Assembly: GCA_947489665.1 (NCBI GenBank)
Contig: CANLEH010000003.1
Coordinates: forward strand, 337,400-401,399
Direction of reading: 5' to 3'
DNA length: 64,000 bases
Source: an uncultured Roseicyclus sp.
Lineage (GTDB): Bacteria; Pseudomonadota; Alphaproteobacteria; Rhodobacterales; Rhodobacteraceae
Part shown: positions 35,366 to 42,871 of the stretch, piece by piece
Position numbering within the stretch: position 1 is the stretch's first letter
How the letters are laid out: every line of letters starts with the position of its first letter
The notes under the pieces: model-generated
Database searches by the model: none
What the model was told of the DNA's origin: nothing
Seen by the model: only the letters and a program-made list of their open reading frames with translations
Made by a program: the position numbers and the translations under genes

Positions 35366-36688
35366 ATGAAGAAGCTGATGATGGCCGCCGTAGGCGGAAT
35401 TGCAGGTGGTGTGCTGGTCAGCACCCAGATTGCCGGACCGCTGCTGGCACAGGAAGCGGCCAACAATACCTCGGTCTATGAGCAGTTGGACCTGTTCGGA
35501 GACATCTTCGAGCGCATCCGCGAGAACTACGTGGAAGAGGTCGACGAGGCCGAGCTGATTGAGGCGGCAATCAACGGCATGCTGATCTCGCTTGATCCGC
35601 ATTCGAGCTACATCTCGGCCAGCGACTTTGAGGATATGCAGGTGCAAACCCGCGGTGAATTCGGTGGGCTTGGCATTGAAGTGACGCAGGAAGACGGTTT
35701 TGTGCGCGTCATCACGCCGATGGACGGCACGCCAGCCATGGAGGCCGGTGTCGAGGCGGGTGATTACATCACGCATGTCGACAGCGAAGCGCTTTTGGGT
35801 CTGACCCTGGAAGAAGCGGTTGATCTGATGCGCGGGCCGGTGGGCAGTGACATCATCATTACGGTGGTGCGTGAGGGTGCGGACGAGCCGTTCGACATCA
35901 CCATCACTCGGGATCGTATTCAGTTGACGGCCGTGCGTGCGCGGCTTGAAGGCAATACTGCCGTGCTGCGCGTTTCGACCTTCAGCGACCAGACCTTCCC
36001 GAACCTGCGCGATGGGTTGGAGGGGCTGATCGAAGAGGTCGGCGGCCTGGAAAACATGAACGGCGTTGTTCTGGATCTGCGCAATAATCCCGGCGGGTTG
36101 CTAAGCCAGGCGATCCGCGTGTCGGATGCGTTCCTTGAGCAGGGTGAGATCGTCTCCACCCGTGGGCGCGAGCCACAGGATGGTGAGCGATATAACGCGA
36201 CGCCGGGCGACATGATAAACGGCTTGCCGATGGTCGTGCTGATCAACGGTGGCTCGGCCTCGGCCTCGGAAATCGTGGCGGGTGCGCTGCAGGACCACCG
36301 CCGCGCGGTGGTTGTGGGCACGCAAAGCTTCGGCAAAGGCTCGGTCCAGTCAGTGATGCCGCTGGCAGGAGATGGCGCGATGCGGTTGACCACATCGCTT
36401 TACTACACGCCGTCGGGCCGCTCGATCCAAGCGCTGGGTGTGGCGCCTGATATCATCGTCGAGCAGCGTGATCCGGTCGAGGTGGACGAGGACGAAGATC
36501 GCCCAGATCGCAGCGAAGCTGGTCTGCGCGGGGCAATCGAGAACTCCTCGCTGACCGAGGACGAATTGAACCTGCTGGAAGAAGAGCGTGCAGCAGCGGA
36601 AGCTGCGGCGACACTCCGGAATGACGACTATCAGCTGGCCTATGCCATCGATATTCTGACCGGCCTGAACGCTCTGGGGCCGAATTGA
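35366..36688 (+). CDS. ctpA: Carboxy-terminal processing protease (S41 family)
   Basis: Track ORF starts at GTG 35336. I prefer ATG 35366, preceded by GAGGAAGGA. It has a PDZ region, then VLDLRNNPGGLL and GSASASEIVAGALQD (catalytic Ser block). Confidence 0.85.
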   Translation: MKKLMMAAVGGIAGGVLVSTQIAGPLLAQEAANNTSVYEQLDLFGDIFERIRENYVEEVDEAELIEAAINGMLISLDPHSSYISASDFEDMQVQTRGEFGGLGIEVTQEDGFVRVITPMDGTPAMEAGVEAGDYITHVDSEALLGLTLEEAVDLMRGPVGSDIIITVVREGADEPFDITITRDRIQLTAVRARLEGNTAVLRVSTFSDQTFPNLRDGLEGLIEEVGGLENMNGVVLDLRNNPGGLLSQAIRVSDAFLEQGEIVSTRGREPQDGERYNATPGDMINGLPMVVLINGGSASASEIVAGALQDHRRAVVVGTQSFGKGSVQSVMPLAGDGAMRLTTSLYYTPSGRSIQALGVAPDIIVEQRDPVEVDEDEDRPDRSEAGLRGAIENSSLTEDELNLLEEERAAAEAAATLRNDDYQLAYAIDILTGLNALGPN

Positions 36689-37161
36689 CCCCAGAGGAGG
36701 CCGCAAAGCTACCGTATCGCCCTTGCGTGGGGGTCGTTCTGACCAATGCGCAGGGGCTTATTTTTGCGGGGCAGCGGGCAGATATGGAAACGCCCGCCTG
36801 GCAGATGCCGCAAGGGGGCGTGGATGATGGCGAGACACCGCTGGAGGCCGCATATCGTGAGTTGGAAGAAGAGACCGGCGTTGGGCGTGCCCATTTGGCG
36901 TTTGTTAGAGAGACGGCGGATTGGCTCTACTACGACCTGCCGCTGGACGTGGTCCCGAACCGTTGGAACGGACGGTTCCGTGGCCAAAAACAGATGTGGG
37001 CGCAGTTCCGGCTGGAGGCGTCCGATAGCGTGATCGACCTGACCCATAAGGATATCGAATTCAGCGCATGGCGCTGGATGTCTGCGCCAGAGATCCTGAG
37101 GGCGATTGTTCCCTTCAAACGTGATATCTATGCGGTGGTTTTTGAGGAATTTGGCCTATGA
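36685..37161 (+). CDS. rppH: RNA pyrophosphohydrolase (Nudix)
   Basis: 158-aa ORF with a TTG start overlapping the ctpA stop. It has the Nudix box GGVDDGETPLEAAYRELEEETGV and N-terminal LPYRPCVGVVL as in RppH. Confidence 0.85.
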   Translation: MTPEEAAKLPYRPCVGVVLTNAQGLIFAGQRADMETPAWQMPQGGVDDGETPLEAAYRELEEETGVGRAHLAFVRETADWLYYDLPLDVVPNRWNGRFRGQKQMWAQFRLEASDSVIDLTHKDIEFSAWRWMSAPEILRAIVPFKRDIYAVVFEEFGL

Positions 37162-37613
37162 TGCGGATGTTTGCCATTGGCTTGGCTCTGTTTGCTCCGG
37201 CTCCAACCTGGGCGCTGAGTTGTGTTGGGGAATCCAGCATCGCGTCGAACTACACCTTTGCCGCCGAGTCCGAGTCCGACTTCATAATTGCAATTGGGCG
37301 GCTGGCGAATAGCGGGCCGCGCCAGACCATTGATGATCAGGGCAGCTACAGTCAGATGACCCGGTTCGAGGGGGAGGTCCTGATCGGAGAGGCTTTTGCG
37401 CCAGGCTGGAGCGCCGATGTCGAGGTGTTCGGCTGGTGCTATGGCGGGGGCTGCGGCACGCATCCTGTGGACCGCGAAGGGCTTTTCTTTTTCGAACGGG
37501 TCGATGGCAGGCTTGAATATGTCGCTGGCGGATGCGGCGGGATGGTTCACCTTGACCCGACCCGCGCGGATATGGACGCTGTCATTCAATGCTATCTTGG
37601 CCAGTGCAATTGA
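37158..37613 (+). CDS. Secreted Cys-rich hypothetical protein, paralog A
   Basis: 151-aa ORF whose ATG overlaps the rppH stop (ATGA). The signal peptide ends in ALSC. It has six Cys in a 1 + CxxxxC + 1 + CxxxxC pattern shared with the next gene. Confidence 0.65.
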   Translation: MMRMFAIGLALFAPAPTWALSCVGESSIASNYTFAAESESDFIIAIGRLANSGPRQTIDDQGSYSQMTRFEGEVLIGEAFAPGWSADVEVFGWCYGGGCGTHPVDREGLFFFERVDGRLEYVAGGCGGMVHLDPTRADMDAVIQCYLGQCN

Positions 37614-37642
37614 CCGGCACGAGCGGAGCGGGAGGCGTTTTG

Positions 37643-38140
37643 ATGTTTGGACGGATCCTTTCTGCGGCGGCTTTGGCCGCCCTTTCGGCAACGCCTGCCC
37701 TGGCGTTGTCCTGCGCCTATCCGACGGTTGCGGGCGCCTATTTGAATGCTGCCGATAGCCCCGCGGATTACGTGATTGGTGTGGGGCGGCTCAGCTTCAC
37801 CGGGCCAAGCGACCCGCCCCACGGGCCGACGATGCAGGGGGGCGATCCCAACCAGATGATCGGCTTTACCCAGCCCGCCCAATTCGATGGTGAACTTTTC
37901 ACGGGTACGGATTTTGACAGCTCGCGCGTGTTGCCAGTCACCATCGCGGTCGGGTGCATTTCGGCGTGGTGTGGGTCAGCGGCGCCGGTCGACTATGGTC
38001 TGTTTTTCTTCCGTGTCGCGGGCGGAACCTACATCCTGGATGAGGGGGCTTGCCCGGCAAATACTTTCCCTGACGCGCATCCGGGTATGTTGCTGGAAGT
38101 GGTCGACTGCCATTCGGGGACCTGCCCGGGCAATTGGTGA
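37643..38140 (+). CDS. Secreted Cys-rich hypothetical protein, paralog B
   Basis: Track ORF 37589..38140 trimmed to ATG 37643, preceded by GGGAGG. The signal peptide ends in ALSC. It shares GRL..GP, F(E/D)GE, PVD..GLFFF and the Cys pattern with paralog A. Confidence 0.65.
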   Translation: MFGRILSAAALAALSATPALALSCAYPTVAGAYLNAADSPADYVIGVGRLSFTGPSDPPHGPTMQGGDPNQMIGFTQPAQFDGELFTGTDFDSSRVLPVTIAVGCISAWCGSAAPVDYGLFFFRVAGGTYILDEGACPANTFPDAHPGMLLEVVDCHSGTCPGNW

Positions 38141-38147
38141 TCCCTAA

Positions 38148-38197
38148 CCCGCCGCGGGCCTGACCCTGTTTGCCGCGCGCGCGGGGCGGGCGTTTTT
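38148..38197 (+). terminator. Imperfect GC hairpin plus T-run after paralog B
   Basis: CCCGCCGCG ... CGCGGGGCGGG is followed by CGTTTTT. The stem has a 2-nt bulge. Confidence 0.4.
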
Positions 38198-38210
38198 CTG
38201 ACGCCCCTCC

Positions 38211-38234
38211 CCATCTTTGTTCCAAAAATATGCA
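38211..38234 (+). repeat. Conserved 23-nt box, copy A (CCATCTTTGTTCcaaAAATATGC), followed by hairpin GCACCCGccgCGGGTGC
   Basis: It matches copies at 39966..39989 (minus orientation) and 46855..46877 at 20 of 23 positions. All three lie between convergent gene ends. Confidence 0.7.
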
Positions 38235-38273
38235 TCTTTTGGAGGTGCACCCGCCGCGGGTGCTGCGGCGCGC

Positions 38274-39452
38274 TCAGAGAACCTGCATCAACCCTTCGCG
38301 CACCAACCGTTTCGCCAAGACCAGCTTGCCGGCATCATCCAACTCGCCGCCCATATCGCCGAGGCGGAATTCGGGTGTGGTCAGGCAGAATTCCATCGCG
38401 GAGGCCGCGAAGTCGGGCATGACGATCTCTGCTCCCTGACAGGAGAGGCGCACCTGCTCGTCCTCAGTCTCCATGTGGAGGGCGTAGACCAGATGCGGGC
38501 GGCCACCCACGCGGCTGTCGACTGTGAGGGTGTCGAGCGCGGCCAGTTGTGCCATCTGCCCTTCAACCCGAGGCACGCGGCCGGTCAGGAAATCCTCGCG
38601 GAAACCGGCCAGAAGTTTGCCCGCCGGCGCATCAGCGACAAGATCCATGAGCTCTTTGAAGGTGTCGTCATAGGCACCCAGATCTGCGCCATGGTTTGCA
38701 AACCCGGGCGGAAGCGCGCGGCGCATCGCGGGTTCGCGATGGGCTTTTGCAATCACGGCCTCGGCCAGCACATCGGCCCAGGTGCGGAACATCAGGCCGG
38801 TGGTGATGTGAAGGGAGGTCTCGTCCGTGGCGACGGCATCGTGCGCCACACCGCGCGGCACGTAGAGCGTATCGCCTGGTTCCAGTACAAACCGCTGAAC
38901 CTCTTCCCCGACATCCATCCCGCGCTCAAAGCCCTGATCATTCAGCGGCAGTTCGACCGGAGTGCCGTAAATGCGCCATTCCTTGGAGCCTGCGATTTGC
39001 AGAACCAGCACATCGTGGCTGTCGTAATGCGGGTTGAAGCCCTGATTGCCTGGAGGGGTCATGTAGATGTTCGTCTGAACGCGGGCCGACATCACCTGTT
39101 CCATCGCACGGCAATAGCGGGCGAGCTGCGGCAGGCGTTCGTGCAGGCCTGACAGGATCACTGTCGCGCCGTCTGCGAAAAGCTGGTTCACGCGCACCGG
39201 GTCGATCTGGCCGGTCTCATACGCGAAATCGGCAGGTGTGATATTGCCGTCCGACTTGGTGACGTTGATCTCAGGATGGTTGAGGCCCATCGTCGAGACG
39301 ACGCGGTCAATCTCGGCATAGCTCAGCAGGTCGGCGAAATAGCCGGGCTGCCCGCGTTTGATGAGCATGGGCTTCTTCTCAAAATACTCGGAAAAGAAGG
39401 TGTCTGGGGTTTCAGGCGCGATGGCCCAGTCGAAGGAAATTGGCTGGCTCAT
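38274..39452 (-). CDS. JmjC / cupin-4 family Fe(II)/2-oxoglutarate oxygenase (ribosomal-oxygenase-like, YcfD/RoxA type)
   Basis: 392-aa ORF. NPHYDSHDVLVLQIAGSKEWRIY carries the HxD part of the facial triad. YVPRGVAHDAV carries the distal His. Confidence 0.7.
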   Translation of the reverse strand: MSQPISFDWAIAPETPDTFFSEYFEKKPMLIKRGQPGYFADLLSYAEIDRVVSTMGLNHPEINVTKSDGNITPADFAYETGQIDPVRVNQLFADGATVILSGLHERLPQLARYCRAMEQVMSARVQTNIYMTPPGNQGFNPHYDSHDVLVLQIAGSKEWRIYGTPVELPLNDQGFERGMDVGEEVQRFVLEPGDTLYVPRGVAHDAVATDETSLHITTGLMFRTWADVLAEAVIAKAHREPAMRRALPPGFANHGADLGAYDDTFKELMDLVADAPAGKLLAGFREDFLTGRVPRVEGQMAQLAALDTLTVDSRVGGRPHLVYALHMETEDEQVRLSCQGAEIVMPDFAASAMEFCLTTPEFRLGDMGGELDDAGKLVLAKRLVREGLMQVL

Positions 39453-39624
39453 TTATTCTGGCTCGTTCATGGCTTGCAGTGTGATTTGTGACAGTCAGAC
39501 CACGGTCGGCGACCATGTTCAATCTTCGACTCGATGCAGGGAATCCCGTCATTGACCGAATGCGTGTCTTCGGACAATGTGCCGCGCAGTAAATAGCAAG
39601 ACATCACGAAAGGAGCTTCGGCTC

Positions 39625-39909
39625 ATGTCCAGCGATAAAAAACAGAAGACCCTGACCGACGCAGAAATCTCGACGGATCGCCCGAAGGGCCGCCGCGGCT
39701 TCCTTGGCCTCGTGGCAGCCGGTGGCGCAGCCGGTGCAGTTGCGACGATCCCGACGGCAGCAGCAGCGGCTGACATCGACAACGGCACCTGGACCGACGC
39801 CGGTTCCTGCCCGCGTGGCAGCGGTGGCGTGGCCACCGGTGCGACCGATGCCGACAACGGCTCGATCACCGATGCCGCCGGCTGGGGCCGCGGCGCGCCT
39901 TACTGCTAA
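39625..39909 (+). CDS. 94-aa twin-arginine-signal small protein with two D-x-D-N-G-x-x-T-D-A-x-G repeats
   Basis: Track ORF 39577..39909 trimmed to ATG 39625, preceded by AAAGGAG. It has a Tat motif RRGFLGLVAAGGAAGAV. The mature part is DIDNGTWTDAGSCPRGSGGVATGATDADNGSITDAAGWGRGAPYC. Confidence 0.65.
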   Translation: MSSDKKQKTLTDAEISTDRPKGRRGFLGLVAAGGAAGAVATIPTAAAAADIDNGTWTDAGSCPRGSGGVATGATDADNGSITDAAGWGRGAPYC

Positions 39910-39965
39910 GGCCAGTGCCCATGGGCTGGTGAGGAGGGGGCTCTGCCCCCGGCTACGCCTCCCCC

Positions 39966-39989
39966 GGCATATTTGAAGAACAAAGATGG
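39966..39989 (-). repeat. Conserved 23-nt box, copy B (minus orientation CCATCTTTGTTCttcAAATATGC), followed on that strand by GGGGGcagagCCCCC
   Basis: The plus strand reads GGCATATTTGAAGAACAAAGATGG. The G5/C5 hairpin lies at 39936..39950. Confidence 0.7.
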
Positions 39990-39991
39990 AG

Positions 39992-40018
39992 CGGGTCGTC
40001 CTTTCGGGCGGCCCGTTT
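39992..40018 (+). terminator. Rho-independent-type terminator (10-bp stem with two G-U pairs, then TTTCGCATTTT)
   Basis: CGGGTCGTCC-tttc-GGGCGGCCCG. The G-U pairs form only in plus-sense RNA, so it probably serves the Tat-peptide gene. Confidence 0.5.
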
Positions 40019-40025
40019 CGCATTT

Positions 40026-40937
40026 TCAGGACAGGCGGTAGGCAAGGGTGCGCGCGGCGCGGCGGAAGGCGGCGTCGGACGAGGGTGAGGCGGCGCGAAA
40101 GCGTAAGAAGCCATGGATCAGGCCTTTGGCCTGTTCGTGCCAGACCGGTGCGTGATGCGAGAGGGCTTTGGCGAGGGTATCGCCTTCATCCACTAACGGA
40201 TCAAGTTCAGCGGTCAGGATCACGGATTGCGGCAGTCCGTATAGATCGCATTTGGTAATATCCGCATAGGGTGCATCTGGCGCGCCGCCCAGATACTCAT
40301 GCCAGCACCGGTGCATGACTCTGTTGGATAGATAGGGCGCGTGGGCGTGGCGTGTGTGGGAGGGTGTTGCACAGGATGGGTCTGTTGCGGGGTAGACAAG
40401 AAACAACCCGTCAGCTTGCGGCGCACCCTGATCGCGCAGGTGGAGCGCGCAACCAAGGGCCAGATTTGCGCCCGCACTATCGCCGCCAAGCCAAAACGGG
40501 CCCGTGCCGCGGAATTGGGCAATCGCGCCAAGGCATTCCGTAAGCGCCGCGGGGTACGGATGTTCCGGAGCAAGGGTGTAGTCGAGACTTACAATGGTCA
40601 AACCAGTCTCGAGCGCCAGATCGGCGCAGACGTGATCATGGCCATTGATGGAGCCGAGCATCCACCCTCCGCCATGCATATACAGCATCGACCCGTTTCG
40701 TGGGTTTGGCGCCGTGTAACTGCGCACTGGGACGTTGCGCCCATTGCAGGGAATGCGCCAGTCGCGGGTCGCAATCGTAGAGGGGAGCGGGGGGAGGGCG
40801 GCCTCCATCCGGGCGACGGCGGCACGCAACGTTTCAACTGAGCGTTCCTCTTCAGGAACGGGGTCGGGATCTGCGGCCATCTCAGCGACCAGATCCCAAA
40901 GGTCGGGTGCAAGCCCCGGATAGGGTGCGCCCGCCAT
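40026..40937 (-). CDS. Alpha/beta hydrolase, hormone-sensitive-lipase-like esterase/lipase
   Basis: 303-aa ORF with the oxyanion motif HGGGW and nucleophile elbow GDSAGANL. Confidence 0.8.
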   Translation of the reverse strand: MAGAPYPGLAPDLWDLVAEMAADPDPVPEEERSVETLRAAVARMEAALPPLPSTIATRDWRIPCNGRNVPVRSYTAPNPRNGSMLYMHGGGWMLGSINGHDHVCADLALETGLTIVSLDYTLAPEHPYPAALTECLGAIAQFRGTGPFWLGGDSAGANLALGCALHLRDQGAPQADGLFLVYPATDPSCATPSHTRHAHAPYLSNRVMHRCWHEYLGGAPDAPYADITKCDLYGLPQSVILTAELDPLVDEGDTLAKALSHHAPVWHEQAKGLIHGFLRFRAASPSSDAAFRRAARTLAYRLS

Positions 40938-40940
40938 GGG

Positions 40941-41663
40941 TCAGACCATCTTGATGACGTCTTTGTCGATGGCGAGAATATAGCCGCGCCGCGCGATGTT
41001 CTTGACCAGAAGCTCGGACACCATCTGGTTGCCGAGGGTATCGCGCAAGCGCTTGATGCGCGTCGCACCTGCGGCTTCGTCCACATCCGTTTCAGACTTG
41101 CCGGAGACCATCGCCTCAATCTGCGCGCCGCTGAGAACGTCGTCGTCCAGGCGCGCCTCTGCCAGAACGGAGAGGGTTTCCATCGCCGCATCAGTCAGCT
41201 TGAATTCGAGGTTGTTGATCAGAACCACCCGTTCCTCACGAGACAGGATCAGCGAGGAGACCTGGATACCCTGACGCTCGATCTCGCCGATGCGGCGGTT
41301 GAGGGTGACGATGGTGACAAGAAACACGAGGCAGGCAACCAGAAGGGCGGTGGCAAAGACGAGCAACACGAAGATCACTGCGCGGTAGCTGGCCAGAACC
41401 TTGGAAAAGGTGGTGCCGGTCTGGGCCATGATCTCAAGCACGCGCGTCGCGTCTGGGTCGCGCACGTCGTTGACTTCAAAGACTGTGACAACGGCGTTGT
41501 TGAAGGCTTCGGCGTCCGGCAGGTTCACAAACAGCAAAATGGCGGAGACCACGAGAACCGCGACCACCGCCAAGACACCCAGTTGAACGACACGCGTGGA
41601 TGCAATCCGCGTATCCGCGACCGACAGTTTCGGGTCAGAAACTGAGGTAGTATTGTCCGGCAT
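40941..41663 (-). CDS. Two-TM membrane protein with a C-terminal OmpR/PhoB-type winged-helix DNA-binding domain
   Basis: Track ORF starts at TTG 41696. I prefer ATG 41663, preceded by AGGAGG. It has TM1 VVQLGVLAVVAVLVVSAILLFV and TM2 AVIFVLLVFATALLVACLVFLVTIV. The C-terminus LTDAAMETLSVLAEA...TRIKRLRDTLG...IARRGYILAI resembles Trans_reg_C. Confidence 0.6.
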   Translation of the reverse strand: MPDNTTSVSDPKLSVADTRIASTRVVQLGVLAVVAVLVVSAILLFVNLPDAEAFNNAVVTVFEVNDVRDPDATRVLEIMAQTGTTFSKVLASYRAVIFVLLVFATALLVACLVFLVTIVTLNRRIGEIERQGIQVSSLILSREERVVLINNLEFKLTDAAMETLSVLAEARLDDDVLSGAQIEAMVSGKSETDVDEAAGATRIKRLRDTLGNQMVSELLVKNIARRGYILAIDKDVIKMV

Positions 41664-41928
41664 CCGCCCTCCTTGAGGCGAGTCCGGAATCGTCAAACAC
41701 CGAAATCACCTGCACCAACGTCCAGCCTTGTGACGCAATGCGACCGGAGACGACGGATGAGGCGGCGCCGACCGAACATGCGCTTTGGGGCACTTCGATC
41801 ACACCGTAATGCAGACGCAAGGGGTTATCCATCCTTGCGCGATAGTCCGCAAAACATGCGGCGTGGAGGGGGCCTGCCAGAACCGCAAGAGCGGCGGCAG
41901 CGAGGAGGGGTTTAAAGAATCGTTTCAT
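41635..41928 (-). CDS. Small secreted hypothetical protein
   Basis: 97-aa ORF with signal peptide MKRFFKPLLAAAALAVLAGPLHA. Its 3' end overlaps the downstream wHTH gene by 29 nt. Confidence 0.55.
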   Translation of the reverse strand: MKRFFKPLLAAAALAVLAGPLHAACFADYRARMDNPLRLHYGVIEVPQSACSVGAASSVVSGRIASQGWTLVQVISVFDDSGLASRRADAGQYYLSF

Positions 41929-42027
41929 TGTGATGGCTCGTTTGTTTGCTGAAAGGGGGCAGCTTCACGAATGAAGATGGGGCAGGTGTGGCCTGTCATT
42001 CAATGACCGGGACCCGTTCACGGGGCT

Positions 42028-42040
42028 GTTATCGGATAGC
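42028..42040. promoter_or_regulatory. 13-bp site GTTATCGGATAGC, 130 bp upstream of the 42170 gene
   Basis: It is identical except for the central base to GTTATCCGATAGC at 42738..42750. It is an imperfect palindrome (GTTATC / GATAGC). Confidence 0.45.
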
Positions 42041-42169
42041 AGGGGTGCGTTTTTGCCTTGCATGCCTGGGTTTGGGAGGGTCGCGCCAACGGCAATTTCC
42101 GCCGCGTACAACACCTTTTCATATGCTTGGGCATTTTGGCCCGTTGGCGATTACAGATAGGCGATTTCG

Positions 42170-42727
42170 ATGACCAAATCCTTCTCCGCCCTTGTGGCTT
42201 CGATTGTGACGGCCTTGTGCCTCCCGGCTCATGCCGATGACCTTGATCAAAATTTGCAAACGGTCCTGGAGCGCTACGACTTCGGCGCCATGATCCAACC
42301 CTTTCACGGTGGACCTGCACCGATTGTACCAGGGCAAATCGGTGCCTCTGATCGGATCTTGATCCTTGGGCCAAACGATTTGCTGGGAAGTTTGCCGTAC
42401 CCAAACCATCATCCGCAGACACTGGAGACAGCCGAGGTACCCGATTGGGTATTCGCGCAAGGCGACCGATCCGCCCGGGATATTGCCTTGATGCGATTGT
42501 CTTCCACGCGCGCCCATACATGGGGCTTGGAAACAGCTCCCTATCAGTTGGCCCATCCCGGACCTGGATATGTCGGATTGATTCCAATGCCTGTCCCGGA
42601 TGGTTGGGTCGTCACCAACCGGTGTCTGGCGTGGGATGATTACTACGCCAATGACGAACGCCCCCTAGGTGATTGCTACATCTTCGAGATGCGTCCGATG
42701 GTGCTGGGTCCCATCGCCATCGACTAA
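42170..42727 (+). CDS. Hypothetical secreted protein
   Basis: 185-aa ORF with signal peptide MTKSFSALVASIVTALCLPAHA. I recognise no family. Confidence 0.6.
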   Translation: MTKSFSALVASIVTALCLPAHADDLDQNLQTVLERYDFGAMIQPFHGGPAPIVPGQIGASDRILILGPNDLLGSLPYPNHHPQTLETAEVPDWVFAQGDRSARDIALMRLSSTRAHTWGLETAPYQLAHPGPGYVGLIPMPVPDGWVVTNRCLAWDDYYANDERPLGDCYIFEMRPMVLGPIAID

Positions 42728-42737
42728 TGCGCCCCCC

Positions 42738-42750
42738 GTTATCCGATAGC
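42738..42750. promoter_or_regulatory. 13-bp site GTTATCCGATAGC, 122 bp upstream of the 42872 gene
   Basis: Second copy of the 42028 site, at a comparable distance from the next start codon. Confidence 0.45.
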
Positions 42751-42871
42751 GCGGCGCCGTAATTGCATGGCGAAGCGAGGAGGGGGGAGGGTTGACCCAC
42801 AAGCGCCGAATGAGTGCGCCCCAACCCAAGACCTGAACCCCTCCTCGAAACCGAAACAAGGGACCCAAGAC

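Noticed and set aside
38211-39989. The two inverted 23-nt boxes as terminal inverted repeats of a MITE or transposon carrying the oxygenase/Tat-peptide pair.
   Set aside because: A third copy at 46855 stands alone. Each box is oriented relative to the nearest upstream gene end and followed by its own hairpin. No target-site duplication or transposase is present. A 3'-end element family explains the data better.
42772-42800. Purine run GCGAAGCGAGGAGGGGGGAGGG upstream of the 42872 gene, as a target of the C-rich loops of the 53432..53550 RNA or as a super-SD.
   Set aside because: It lies about 70 nt from the start codon, and I have no evidence of pairing beyond simple complementarity of low-complexity runs. 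This is too speculative.
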